Positions 29,451-51,350 of a stretch of DNA of 64,000 bases are shown here, piece by piece; the first letter of the stretch is position 1; the number at the start of each line of letters is the position of its first letter. The DNA lies in NCBI RefSeq assembly GCF_009914755.1, contig NC_060936.1, one strand, 5' to 3'. The translations under genes were made by a program, and so were the position numbers. The DNA is from the human T2T-CHM13v2.0 reference genome, Homo sapiens. The notes below the pieces were generated by a model, which was given only the letters and a program-made list of their open reading frames with translations, searched no databases and was not told the DNA's origin.

Positions 29451-30690
29451 GTTCTTGTGGAAAGGGGTATGAAAATAAACAAAATCATTTTAGATATGCT
29501 AGAGACTATGATAGGATAGAGAGTGGCCAGGATGGAAGTGGGACTCTGAGAAGCTGGCAGTTGGGCTGAGTCCAAAATGACAAGGAATCAGCCAGAGGAA
29601 GATTGAGGCAGGGTATTCCAGGCAGAAAGAAGGGCTGTGCAAAGGCCCTGGGGCAGGCGTTGTGAAGAAGAGAGGGTAGCTGGGTGCAATGAGCCAGTGA
29701 AAACATCAGCAGATAGGGACCAGATCGGGAGCCCAGGGACAGGACTGGGGGTCTCATTCTAAGATGTAATAGTCTGTTTGGAGCTGACTCAGTTCATGTA
29801 GTTTCATGGAACCCACAAACCTCAAAGAGTTCAGGCCCTGCCAAGCACAAGTTCAATGTCAATTCTGCACCCAATTCTTCTGCCCAGCACCTCGTGGATG
29901 CCAGGAATAAAAAGAGAAAGTGACTACAGCGCTGATCAGAGATGACAGCCAGAGAGTCGGGTTCTCTTTGTTCTCATTGGGGGGGTTCCACAAAAGCCAG
30001 ATGCTGGCCACATGAAGCAGCAGGTGGGCAAGACAGAGGGGGCAGGGGTGGCCTGCAAGAAAGAGAAAGTGGGCTGCAGGGGGACAGGACAGGTGGATGA
30101 AGCCTTGGACCAGGTTGCTCGACAGGGGTTCTGCTGCAAGACAAAGGCTGGAGAGGAAAACATCCTGCCCCTCCCTCCACCCCTGCCTTAGTGGGGACCA
30201 GTCAGTGGCTCTGTAGGAAGACTTCCTTGGTTCAGATTCAGCTTGGGAAGGAGGGAGGAGGAAGGAGGGAGGGAAGCTGACTTTAAAAACAATAAAAATA
30301 ATCACAGTCCAGTACATATTCAGTGCCAAATTTGCCAGACAAGTGTTTATACGAACACAGTGTTTATATGACTTCATTTCTTTCCTTGCAACAACTCCAT
30401 GAGGATGATACAACTAGCATCCCCATTTTACAGATGAGGAAAGCAAGGTAGTTAGACAGAAAGGGAACACCGAGGGATGAAGGAGGGAGAGAGGAAGGGA
30501 AATTGACTGATGGATTTAGTTTAGCCTAGAACGAGTTAAGTGAAATCCAACAAGTCCCTTCCCTTCTTTAATCCCCTCCAGTGGTTTCCCATTCTACTAA
30601 GAAGCTGCCAGCAATGGCTACAAGGGGCCTCAGGAACTGAGCCCCGACCATGTCTCTGACCTCATCTCCTATCTTCTGCCTCCTCTCCCA

Positions 30691-31325
30691 GTCATGGATT
30701 AGCCCACTGACAACTCAGTTACACTGGCACCCATGCTTCCATGGCACCCATGTTTCCAGAATCCCCTTCTCTGTGTGGTTCCAGATTAGAGCTGGCCAAA
30801 AGTGAAGTTGTACAAGGCTTGGGTGGCAAAAGAGAAGGAGCCATCATGCCCTGAAGAGTAACATGGGTTGAAGGCAATGGGGAACAGAGGCTGGGGTGCT
30901 GGTCCTGTTTATCCTCCATCTTCCCTACCTCACAGCCAACTCTTCTTCCTGACAGTAGTCCCTCAATGACCAACAGCCGACCTTAAGTTCACCACCAGAT
31001 GCTTCATGACAAACTCACAAAGGCAATAGCCACAAAGGGCCAACAACTTTCCCTGGGCATCTATCCAAGCCTGTCTTCATGGTCCCTTCCAACAGCTGGA
31101 CGTATTGGCTGCCAGATGTCCCTGAAACCGCAGGCTGCCTTACCTATGTCAGGGTAGGTTCAAGACCTTTCTCTGAATCTTAAGCTTCCCTTTTTTTTTT
31201 TTTTTTTTTGAGCTTGTACCTCCCCAGCTCTTCCTACGGTCGTATAAGTCTAACATCTAATAAATTCCATTTTTTCCATTATACTCACAGTAATTTGGCT
31301 TCCCTGATTGACCCATCACTGAGAT
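30691..31325 (+). mobile_element. ERVL solo LTR (LTR41-like)
   Basis: gtcatggattagcccactgacaac...tttccagaatccccttctctgtgtggttccagattagag...aataaattcc...cttccctgattgaccc resembles recalled LTR41. Confidence 0.55.
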
Positions 31326-31624
31326 CATCACTAGCAGAAGGGATACTGTTCCAGAACTAGCAGCCTCCATTTCCTCCTCCTTGGGATGTGTGTTGTGAGA
31401 AGCTCATGTCACATAAAAGGCAACATGTGGGCACCTAAGCAGATAATCCCCAACTGAACACCCACTCAACAACTAGTGCCAACTGCCATCCATGAGCATG
31501 CACCATCTTGGATGTTCCAGCCCAGTCAAGCCCCAGATGACTGCAGCTCCAGCCAACAACACACGGAACAGAAGAACCACCCAGCTGAGCCCAGCCAATC
31601 CCTGAGCCCAGGGAATTATGATGA

Positions 31625-32473
<849 letters not shown>

Positions 32474-32726
32474 ATGAGAGATAACAAGGCAGTTGTGTTG
32501 AGCCACTAGGTTTTGAAGTGCAGGTCTGAGACACAGACCCACGCAGCCATGGGTCCCCACAACCACTGGCCATGTAAGCCTGCCTTCTGCTTCTTAAAAG
32601 TGCTTCTGAGACATGCATTTGAGACCTGTTTGCTCTCAGAATGCTCTTCCCCCAGATCTTCTCCTGTCTGATGCTTTCTTGTCATTCAAGTCTCAGCTTA
32701 AATGTCATCTCCCCAGAGAGGCTCGC

Positions 32727-33460
32727 TGTCAGTTTCAGTGTGAACTTGGTTAAGCGATAGACCCCAGTTATTCAATCAAACAACAATTTAGGCATCAGGT
32801 GAAGGTTTTCTGTTGCTGTGATTAAAGTCTATAATCAGGTGACTCTAAGTAAAAACTCTCCTCTATAATCCGGGTGAGCTGATTCAACCCATTGAAATTG
32901 AAATGCCTTAAAAGCGGAACTGAGACTCTTTTTCTTTCTTTTTTTTTTTTTCCTGAGACAGGGTCTTGCTCTATCACTCAGGCCAAAGTCCAGCAGTGCA
33001 ATCTCGGCTCACTACAGCCTTGACCTCCCAGGCTCAGGTGATTCTCCCACCTCAGCCTCCTCAGTAGCTGGGATTACAGGCACACACCACACCTAGCTAA
33101 TTTTTTGTATTTATTTTTTTTTTTCAGTAGAGATGGGGTTTTGCTGTGTTGCCCAGGCTGGTCTCGAACTCCTGCACTTGAGCAATCCACCCTCCTTGGC
33201 CTCTCAGAGTGCTAGGATTACAGGCGTGAACCACCGCACCCACCCAGAACTGAGATCTCTCCAAAGAAAAAGAAATTCCACCAGCCTGCCCTTCCTAACA
33301 GCCTGCCCTTCCTAACAAACAGCCTGCCCTTCCTAACAGCCTGCCCTACAGATTTCAGACCTTCCCAGCCAGCCCCCACCATTGCATAGGCCAATTCCTT
33401 GCAATAAATCTCTTAATATATCTTATTGGTTCTACTCCTCTGGCTGAACCCTGACTGACC
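32727..33460 (+). mobile_element. MLT2 (ERVL) solo LTR split by an AluJ (32929-33245, minus)
   Basis: gtgaacttggttaagc...cccagttattcaatcaaac...gcaataaatctc...tattggttct...gaaccctgactga; Alu TSD gaactgaga. Confidence 0.8.
33282..33347 (+). repeat. 17-bp minisatellite cagcctgcccttcctaa, about 3.6 copies
   Basis: Three identical copies plus a partial one; a caaa spacer precedes the third. Confidence 0.95.
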
Positions 33461-33548
33461 TGCTCTGATCAGCCCATCAAAGCCAGCCACAAAGCCACCA
33501 TTGTTTCACTTCAGTTTTAATTCTTGCATAAAACCTATTACCATTTGA

Positions 33549-33858
33549 TTTTTTTTTTTTTTTTTTGAGACAGAATCTCACTCTGTCGCCCAGGCTGGAG
33601 TGCAGTGGCATGATCTTGGCTCACGGCAGCCTTGACCTCCCAGGCTCAGGCAATCCTCCTGCCTCAACCCCTCAAGTAGCTGGGACTATAGGTGTGTGCC
33701 ACCACACCCAGTTAGATGGATTTTTTGTCTATTTTTTTGTACAGATGGGGTCTTGCTATGTTGCCCAGGCTGGTCTTGGACTCCTGGACTCAAGCGATCC
33801 TCCTGCCTCAAGCCCCACAAAGTGCTAGGATCACAGGCATAAACCACTGCGCCCAACT
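33549..33858 (-). mobile_element. AluJ
   Basis: Reverse Alu dimer. Confidence 0.9.
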
Positions 33859-33901
33859 TGATATTTTTCTTATTCATTGTTTCTTCCAACATATTCTAGA
33901 G

Positions 33902-34104
33902 CAGCACTGTCCACTAGAATATTCTGTGATGATGGGGATGTTCTAGAACTGTGCTATTGCAATAGGGCAGCTGCTAGCCACCTGTGGCGATGAACAACTT
34001 GAAACATGGCTCCTGAGAACGAAGAAGGGAATTTTAACTTTTATTTAATGAATATAAGTTTACCTGGTCACACGAGTCTGGTGACCGCTGTACTGAACAG
34101 TGCA
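33902..34104 (+). mobile_element. MER3 (hAT-Charlie)
   Basis: cagcactgtccactagaatattctgtgatgatgggg...ctagccacctgtggc...gtactgaacagtgcag. Confidence 0.8.
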
Positions 34105-35998
34105 GGTCTGGGACACAGACTGATGAGAACCCACAGCCAGCCAGCCTTCCCCACCACTGTTATCCCCAACCCCTCCTGGCAACTGACACAGGGGGAGTTC
34201 CAACCGTGTTTACAGAATGAATGAATGGAGCCATTTGCGCCTAAGCGCGTTCGCATCAGGTTTCTGCCACTCGTAAGCGAGAGTCCTAATTTGATGCTAT
34301 CTACATGTAAGGGATTCCTGAGTGCCTACAGAACAGGAGGGCTGGAGAAGTTACAGGGGAAAGGAAAGACATCAGTGTCAACACCAGAACATACGAGACC
34401 CTGTGGGCTCCGGGAGGAGCAGCTCTTCCTCTGCCAGCCCAGCCTTTCCCAAGTTAGAAGCAAGTAGAACAATAGGGCAATCAAGACCCACTCTTAGTCT
34501 TTGTTCCAGTCAAAGGAAGACCGTACGGTGGCAGGCGGCATTCTGGGGGGCTTCATTCAAAGCCCAAACTGGGAAGAAGCCAGAGGGCATCTGAGGCTGT
34601 CCTATTTCGGGGGCCACTCTGCATCCTGTTTTTCTCCTGACTGCCAGTTCTCCCCCTTGATACTCAAGAGAAGAAGCCAGAGGAGGGCCCAGGCAGGCAA
34701 GCTCCCAGGAGGTTGCAGGGGTGCAAGGGCACCTGCCTGTCTGCAGCACCCTGGCCTCCACTCTCTCCCCTCCATGGCTCCCTGAGCCCCCGAAGGATTC
34801 CCAGCATCTGTCACCTGCTCTAAGCCACCCATCGACTCTGCAGCCAGAGTGTTATTTAAAAACCGGAAAAGAGATCCAGACACCTTCTGTTCAGCCTACC
34901 CTGCTTACTCTGCAGTGTAAGCTCCTTGCCATGGCCCACCGTGGGGGCTGGCCCTGCCCACCTGTCTGGCTCCAGCTCCCACCGCTCTCCCCAGCATCCC
35001 CACTGGGCACCCATACTGTTCTCTCTGTGCCTGGGATGCTCCCCTCCCTCCCGTCCCAAGGCACTTCTGAGTGTTCCCATCACTCCCAGTCATTAAGACT
35101 TCCCCTCCTCTTCAGGTCTCAGTTCAATCCTGAAGTCCTGAGAAAGTCCCTGAGCCCTGGAACCCAACACTGTGTGTGCCAGATGCAGAGAAAGTGCTTG
35201 ATAAACACACGTGGGAGGGGGAAAAGGAGGGAAGGGTAGAAAAGAAGGAAGGGGAGGAGGAAGGAAAGCAGTATCTCCCATTATCCTTACATAAGCATAT
35301 TCGTTTTAAAAAAGGAAAACAATATCCACAACACAGATCTTCTATTATCTTGACCAGAGGTTTTTCCTTGGGAAAGGAAAGATACAGATGACCACAAATT
35401 ATGAGGCTGAAAACCATCAAAATGCCAAAAAGAAGAGGAGAGAGAGAAAAAGAACAGCAGAGAAGAGGAAGAAGGCCACAGCAACAGCACTCTGATAGCT
35501 GGGCCACATCTCCGCCAGGCTCTCTTCTGATAAGACAGCTGTGGCCCAGGACAGGAAGGTCTAGGAAGGGACCCTGCTGTCCTCAGACGCTGAAGTTCCC
35601 AGTTTTGGAATGGAGTGGGAGGTGGAGACAAATGGTGAGAACGTGCTCTTCCTGCAGCCAAATCAGTTTCACCCTAGGACCTCAGCTCTGTAGTAACCAC
35701 AGAGGAAAACTAGGGCTGTGCCCAGAGAAAACTGGTTTGAGGTTTTGCCTCTATTTTTGTGGCCAGGGAATGGTAGGTTACCTCTGGAGAACAATCAAGC
35801 CAGACAGAAGGGGAGTAGTCTCAAAAGAAACAGCAGTGCTGAGGGAGACCGTGGCTCAGAGGGAAGGGAAACAAAGAATGAGAGTGCTTAATTAGAAAGG
35901 CTGAAGCCCCTTGGAAGGGCCCCTTGGAGGAAAAAAGAGAGGAGGATGAGGAGAAGTGGAGAAAAGTGAGCTGGGGGAAGAAAAAGGCTGGAGGAGCC

Positions 35999-36168
35999 TG
36001 GTGATGGTGATGGCGATGATGGTGGTAATGATGGTGGTGGGTGGTGATGGTGGTAACAACAGTGATGGTGGTGGGTGGTGATGGTGGTAGTGGTGGTGAT
36101 GGTGATGATGGTGATGATGGTGATGATGGTGATGACGGTGCTAACAATAGTGATGGTGGTGGTGGTGA
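35999..36168 (+). repeat. (GGT/GAT)n trinucleotide low-complexity tract
   Basis: Visible. Confidence 0.95.
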
Positions 36169-36959
36169 TTTGCCTGTATCATCTCATGTAATGCTCCCAG
36201 CAACCACTGTGGCCCACATGATCATCATCCCCATCCTGCTGCTTAGGAAACAAAGCACAGAATCATAATATGTCGTATCCACAATCACACAGCTAATAGG
36301 TGGCAGAGCCAGAACTTAAACCCAAGTTTGTTGGACTCCAGATTCCATACTCCTAGAAGATGATTGAGGACTAAGAAGGAGAAAGGAGAAAGAGAACGGA
36401 GGCTGCCCTAGCCACCTTATTTAATATGATGACCAGTCCCTCCATTCCAGAGGGCACTACCAACCCCGCTTAGCCTGCTGCACGTCTTCTTTAATCCATA
36501 GCACTTATTCTCACACACTGCATAAGGTACGTGATCATTAAGACAATAATTCATTGTCTGTGCCCCAGCCCCCCACACTAGAAAGTAAACTTTATGGAGA
36601 CACACACCTCAGCACGCATTTCTAGAGATCAGAAGAGCACCTGGCATAGAATAACCATGCAACCAATTTCGTTGAATGAGTGAATAATGGTTTTTTGGTT
36701 TCAGGACATAGCTGCCACGAGAAGGAAAGGTTAAGCTATCCTGGCTCTGGGATCCTTTGATCTTGCTAAATGAATGAATGAGTATTCTTTGGTTTCAGGC
36801 TAAGGGTGATCTAACAAGCTATGAGAAGAGAAAAATGAGTTAAGATTTCCTATCTTCGGGGCTCCTTGGGCACTGGAAAATAAAGATATCCCTAAAACCC
36901 AAGGAGAAAACTAAGATTAGCATTAACATCTCTAAAATAAAGCTACCTCCATCCTCTGA

Positions 36960-37030
36960 GAAAGAAAGAGAGAGAGACAGACAGACAGACACAGAGACAG
37001 AGACAGACAGGGACAGAGAGAGAGAAAGAG
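36960..37030 (+). repeat. (GA/GACA)n purine-rich repeat
   Basis: Visible. Confidence 0.9.
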
Positions 37031-37845
37031 ATGACATTCTTGGCCAAGCACAAAGCAGCCTTGCTGCCATATCCTTGGTCTCCATATGAGTTCCTCGATA
37101 CAACTTGTCTTCTGTCATTTAACAAACATGCATCCAGCCCTCACTTTGGGCCAGAATTTTAAAAACCTGATTTCATCACTGTAGGAAACACCAGCTCTGG
37201 GTTGAGCTGGGGCTATTAAGATGAATACAATATCACCCTCAAGAAGTAAGAGTATGATGGGAAAGATACTAGTTTATTCCTCAGTCTGGGATAACATTTT
37301 TAGAGTAAAGGAAAGCCATCCAACTCCCAAGATGGTTAGAAGCTTCAAGGAACCAATTATTATTTTTGAGGGAAGAAGGGAATTCCAAACATGAAGGATA
37401 CTTTGAGGATGGCTCACTGGTTCCCCCTGGTGGACATTAATAGCAAGCACATCACACAGCTTTTCAGAGGTAGGGAGGGGCTCAGCGGTGTAGACCTGGT
37501 GGTCACTGAAGTATCTGCTGTTCCGGTAGCCAAGGCAAGAGGTCAGCTCAGTTTGCAGAGCCCAGGAAAGGCCTCATAGAGAACCAGGCTTTGCACTGGG
37601 CCTGGGGAAGAGCAGGGATTCACCAGAAGGACAAAAGGAAAGAAAATTCTAGGCAGAGGGATGTGAGTACCAAGATGTGAAATCCAAGCCTCATCTAGAA
37701 AACTCTAAGTAATTCATGAATTTAGCAGATATTTAGGGCTTGAAGGGAAAATGTGAATGGTAGGACTTCAAGTAGGAGCCAAACCCTGGGATGTTTTCCA
37801 ATCCATGAGGAAGACTGTGTTCTTTAAGCCACTGGTAAGTTTTCA

Positions 37846-39718
<1,873 letters not shown>

Positions 39719-39736
39719 TCGGAGCACCAGAACTTT

Positions 39737-39834
39737 CATGGTCTCGCACAGCCTAGAATGTCACAAAAAAATGACTATTCTTCCCCATGGTCTCGCACAG
39801 CCTAGAATGTCACAAAAAAATAACTATTCTTTCC
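39737..39834 (+). repeat. 49-bp tandem duplication (47/49 identical)
   Basis: catggtctcgcacagcctagaatgtcacaaaaaaatRactattcttYcc, two copies. Confidence 0.95.
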
Positions 39835-39999
39835 CATAAGGCTGACATAAATGCCTCTCTCATGGAAACTGGAATCTCACTCTACTTTTAAGGATGCTGC
39901 CAAACTCAGTAGTGCCTCCCGGATGAGACAACATGAATTCTGAAAAGCAATTAAAAACCTAACCTCAAACGCTCACTGTCAGGCATTGTGCCGGCATAA

Positions 40000-41583
<1,584 letters not shown>

Positions 41584-42690
41584 TGATGCTGACTGTACCT
41601 GAATCAGGATCTGCCAGCAAGAAAAAATACAAAAGGGCACGCATGGAGGACTGGGCCGATGACCTGTTTCAAGTATGTTCTGTTTTGTTCACCACTGCCT
41701 TCTCAGCCCTGCTGGCACCCCATAGCCACTCAGATTAGAAGACTTCTCCAGGCCTAGAACAATATTCAACAAATGCTTGTTGAATAGAGCAGGTTGAATC
41801 AAGCAAGGGCATCTGTGAGCCTCCACCTGACTCTGCCAGACTGATGCTCAACAGTGACACCTTGTGGTGGGAACTGCAACAACCGTGCTGATGGCCACTA
41901 ACACTTCTCCGTGGCTGGCATGTGCAGAGCGGATCCCTTGGGACAGAAAGGCCCCAGAATTTGCAGAAAAATCATGAGGCTAAAGAGAAGCAGGAAGCCT
42001 CAGGAAGATGATATCTGATGTTCTGCTAATAAAGACAAACAGGTATCTGAGCAATTAATGGAAAAGATCCAGGAGGGATGACAATATATTTGGCCCCCAA
42101 ACTGATAGAACAAGTCACAGAGGTTATTTTATTAGGTGAAAAAAAAAAAAATTTAAGCAATATGTGTGGATAATTCTATTTTTTAAAGTATACATATATC
42201 CATTTGTCAGGAAAAATTATACCAAAATGACAAGAGCAGTTACCTAGAGGGTGGAGCTTAGGGTGATTTTTTTAAAATCTATTTTCTGGTTTATGTTACA
42301 ATTAATGCAAATTACTTCTGTTAAAAAAAAATTAGAAGCTAGACATTGACCCAAAATGCAAAGCCACGTCAGAATGTCTAAAGTAAAAAGACCCTGGTCT
42401 CCTATTCACACTCAATATTTTCATATCTGGACCCTAATTATCCAGAACCAGATACCCTAAACCTCAGCGGGTCTTCCTGGGGCAAGAGTTCAAATCCAAG
42501 AGCTGCCCTTGCTGGTGTCTTCCGGCCTCCAAATCCCAGGTCCACGCTGCCTCTTCCTGCGTTTCGGATTTGCCCCCCAGGGTTGACTCTGTCTCGTCCT
42601 GGCCTGCAGTGGCGGGCACGGGATGCCGAGGGACCGCGGCAGCTGTGCTGGGGACAAGTCTCCACATCCCCGACCCCGGGGCCTGCTCAC

Positions 42691-42841
42691 CTGACATGTG
42701 GACATTCCTGAGGCAGGAGAGGGAGGCGTTGAGGCGGGCACACTCCTCCCGGTTGGCTCCGTATTTCTCCACAGTCTCGCACACCTGTTCATCCGTCATC
42801 TCCAAGAGGTCCTCCAGGCTCAGCTGGCCGGGGGAGATTTC
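42691..42841 (-). CDS. KSR2: KSR2 coding exon (probable exon 3), 151 bp, EISPGQLSLEDLLEMTDEQVCETVEKYGANREECARLNASLSCLRNVHMS(G)
   Basis: Acceptor tccttctcccctcctctag|GAA and donor TCAG|gtgagc; 50 codons plus 1 nt; SAM-like KSR peptide; in frame with the upstream exon across a 4713-bp intron (42842-47554). Confidence 0.96.
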
Positions 42842-43539
42842 CTAGAGGAGGGGAGAAGGATTGTCAACCGTGGGGCAGGAACAGCATCTCTGCCTCCACG
42901 CTGCCCTGTAGTGGTGCCTAGAGGAGAACACTCCGCAGTGTAAACGCTTTGCATGACAGTGGGGTCTCCGAATCTCGGGTTTGCCACTCATTATCTAGAT
43001 AACCTCTGACCAGTCGCTCAACCTCTCTGGGCCTCACTTTGCTCATCTGTAAAGTGGGACTCCTAAGTGTCCATACTTGGCAAGGTAGCGCAGGTGCTTA
43101 GTGCTATTATAATTACTACCCTGTCTGGCGTCAACACTGTGCCTGTCTCTCGAATGTTTATAAGGCAGGGCCCCATTTTTTCATGTTTGCTTGGCTCTCA
43201 GTGCCTCCCACTCTGCAGGGACTCATCTAAAATCCCAGCACAAACTCAGAGCAAGCACAGGACAAGGCAGGTGTGCTGGTGGCTGGGTCCCACTCTCTCT
43301 CTGCTTCCTCTCTTCTCTGGCTGCAGGGTCTAGGGCTCACACTGGTCTTCAGAAACCCTAATGGAAAAGGGGCTGAAAGTCCATGCCCCGTGCTGGAAAT
43401 GAAACTAGGTTTGTTTTTGAGCCCCATGGGGCATGGCTTTGCATCCTAAGGCAAAGCAGAAACACTGGAGTATAGCGTGGAGTGGGGGAAAGGGACCTAG
43501 AAAAGGTAGGATTCCCAACTTAACGTGTTGGGCAGGTGA

Positions 43540-47020
<3,481 letters not shown>

Positions 47021-47554
47021 GAGTTGAACATTTTATAAAAATCATCTCATTCTATGATGTCGGCTATTTAAGAAGAGATGACAATCATTATGCACATTTC
47101 ACAGATGGTAATATTAATGCTCTAAGAAAGCATCGTTCGATATGGCAGCCACGGGCCCCATTAATTAATGTTAAACACAATTTAAAATCTCAATCACATG
47201 TCCTAACCACAAGTGGCTACCACAGCCGGCAGCACAGATAGAAAATATTTCCATCGTAGCAGAAAGTTCCACTGGACAGCGCTGGACTAAGAAGTGAAGT
47301 GATTTGGCCAAGGTGACTCTGTGAATATGTGGCAGAGCTGGAGGGTTCTAACTGACTCTGGAAGCACACTCTCAATGACCCCATTCAGACAGCATCAGCG
47401 ATCCTGAATGTTTTCGTCCAGCACATATTTATTGAGAGCCTGCTATGTGCCAGGGACTGTGCTGGGCACAGCCAGAAACCTGCAGCTCAAGAGCAACACA
47501 GGGGGTAGCTGCTGGCCAGTAAGGGGCAGGGGACACAGGGGCCCCCCAGGTCAC

Positions 47555-47695
47555 CTCCAGGACCTCCTTGCGCACATCGACGATTCGGAACCAGTGCCGT
47601 AGCTGGGGGAAGCCGTCCAGCTCCGCGTTGCGCTCCTGCAAGGCTACCTTCTTTTTGCAGGACAGCTGCCGGCTGAAGTACTTCACCAGCTTGCT
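47555..47695 (-). CDS. KSR2: KSR2 coding exon (probable exon 2), 141 bp, SKLVKYFSRQLSCKKKVALQERNAELDGFPQLRHWFRIVDVRKEVLE, CC-SAM region
   Basis: Minus-strand acceptor tctgtcctcgtctgtgtctccacag|AGC and donor GAG|gtgacc; 47 open codons, CpG-rich, peptide matches KSR2; splices in frame to the next exon. Confidence 0.96.
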
Positions 47696-47742
47696 CTGTG
47701 GAGACACAGACGAGGACAGAGGACACATCTCAGAGGCAGTGA

Positions 47743-49506
<1,764 letters not shown>

Positions 49507-49595
49507 TAATTTAAAATGTATTTAATAAAGATAATTAAATAAAACAAAATTAGAATTAGGTATGGAGGTGTCTGTGGCATTTTAAAACACAGTCA

Positions 49596-49927
<332 letters not shown>

Positions 49928-49992
49928 CTTGGAGCCTGGGATGGTTGTCATGGGCTTCTGTTGCTTTTGCTATCTGGTCTCCATTCCCCCCC

Positions 49993-50292
49993 TTTTTTTT
50001 TTTTTTTTTTTGAGACGGAGTCTCGCTCTGTCGCCCAGGCTGGAGTACAGTGGCGTGATCTCGGCTCACTGCAAGTTCCGCCTCCTGGGTTCCCTCCATT
50101 CTCCTGCCTCACCCTCCCGAGTAGCTGGCACTACAGGCACCTGCCACCACGCCTGGCTAATTTTCTGCATTTTTAGTAGAGATGGGGTTTCACCGTGTTA
50201 GCCAGGATGGTCTCGATCTCCTGATCTCGTGATCCACCTGCCTCAGCCTCCCAAAGTGCTGGGATTACAGGCGTGAGCCACCGCACCCGGCC
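49993..50292 (-). mobile_element. AluY
   Basis: caccgtgttagccaggatggtctcgatctcc; TSD tccattccccc. Confidence 0.93.
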
Positions 50293-50299
50293 TTCCATT

Positions 50300-50820
50300 C
50301 CCCCTTTTACCGAAAAGAACATGTCAACTTTCTTTCAAGGAACCTCCCTTCTTTGGCCCACAGTCCATCCGGCTGATGTGAGGCTGTTCCCATTGTATCA
50401 CCCCATCACAGCTGCAGGATGCGCATGTGACCCAGGCCCCACCAAACAGCTGTACTTGGGTCAAGGGCAATCATGGATCCAACTGGGCCACTGAGACCCC
50501 ACCAGGACCTCTTCCAAGCACTCAAGACATAGCCATAGCACACCCTAAAGAGCTGCCAGGTGGTGTCATGGAAGACAAGAGCTGCCTGGACCATCGTCCC
50601 TGCTGCCATCTGGAAGCCTCCTGACACTGAAGCCCATTTAGAAGACAGCAGAGCCAAGAGATGGAGTCACATTCCCAGCCACACCCATCATCTGAGCCCC
50701 AGCAGTGAGCGGAGAAACCAGATCTCCCTGGACTCTGCAGTGATGTGTGCTAATAAATTCTCTTCTTTTGCTTAAGCTGCAGTGAGCTGGATTTCTGTTG
50801 CTAAAGCCTCCTGACTCATA
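50300..50820 (+). mobile_element. Old MLT1 LTR
   Basis: gcatgtgacccaggcc...gctaataaattctcttcttttgcttaagctg...gctggatttctgttg. Confidence 0.6.
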
Positions 50821-50873
50821 GGGAAATTAAAGAACATCGAATCCACCTCCTTGAGGGAGTCTTGGCATCCCTG

Positions 50874-51350
50874 GTATACTGGTTTCCTGTGGCTGCTGTC
50901 ATGAATAACCACATACTAAGTGGCTAAAAACAACACAAACATACTGATCTCGCAGTTCTGGAGATCAAAAGTCCCAAATCAGTCTCACGGGGCTAAAGTC
51001 AAGATGTCAACAGGGCTGGTTCCTTCCAGAGGCTCCAGGCAAGAATCAGTTTCCTTCCCTTTTCGGTGATCAGAGGCCGCCCGCATCCCTTGGCTTCTGG
51101 CCCCTTCCCCACATCACTCCACTTCCTCTATCACCACATCTCCTGCTACTGCCCCTTACCCTCCTACTTCCCTCTTATACAGACCCTTGCAATGATCTGG
51201 GGCCCACCCAGACAACCCAGGGCAATCTCCCCATTTCAAGATCCTTATCTTACATCTGCAAAGTCCTTTTTCCCATGTATGGTCACACAATCACAACTTC
51301 TGGGGATTAGGAGGTAGAAATGATTGGGGGACTGTTATTTAGCCCACCAC
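50874..51350 (-). mobile_element. MLT1 LTR (C/D-like)
   Basis: ggctgctgtcatgaataaccac...cagttctggagatcaaaagtccc...catctgcaaagtcctttttccc...ggggattagga. Confidence 0.8.

Noticed and set aside
29859-30413. 184-aa minus-strand ORF
   Set aside because: It starts in a MIR, has low-complexity composition, and shows no recognisable domain or convincing splice context.
34721-36268. ORFs of 172, 164 and 108 aa
   Set aside because: They derive from L2, purine-rich and (GGT)n low-complexity sequence.
41852-41878. CTCF-like CCACAAGGTGTCAC with nearby TGCAGTTCC
   Set aside because: The core mismatches at a key G, and the upstream module sits at an 11-nt offset rather than the expected spacing.
42464-42690. 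Read-through extension of the exon 3 ORF (EQAPGSGMWRLV...)
   Set aside because: It lies beyond a good CAG|GTGAGC donor and does not resemble KSR; it is intronic. The same applies to the extension past exon 2 (47429-47554).
42899-42918. CTCF-like CCACTACAGGGCAG just upstream of the exon 3 acceptor
   Set aside because: It mismatches in the near-invariant AG of the core; too weak to call without data.
42540-42920. Possible CpG island at exon 3
   Set aside because: It is short and largely explained by coding constraint and GC-rich exon flanks; there is no promoter evidence.
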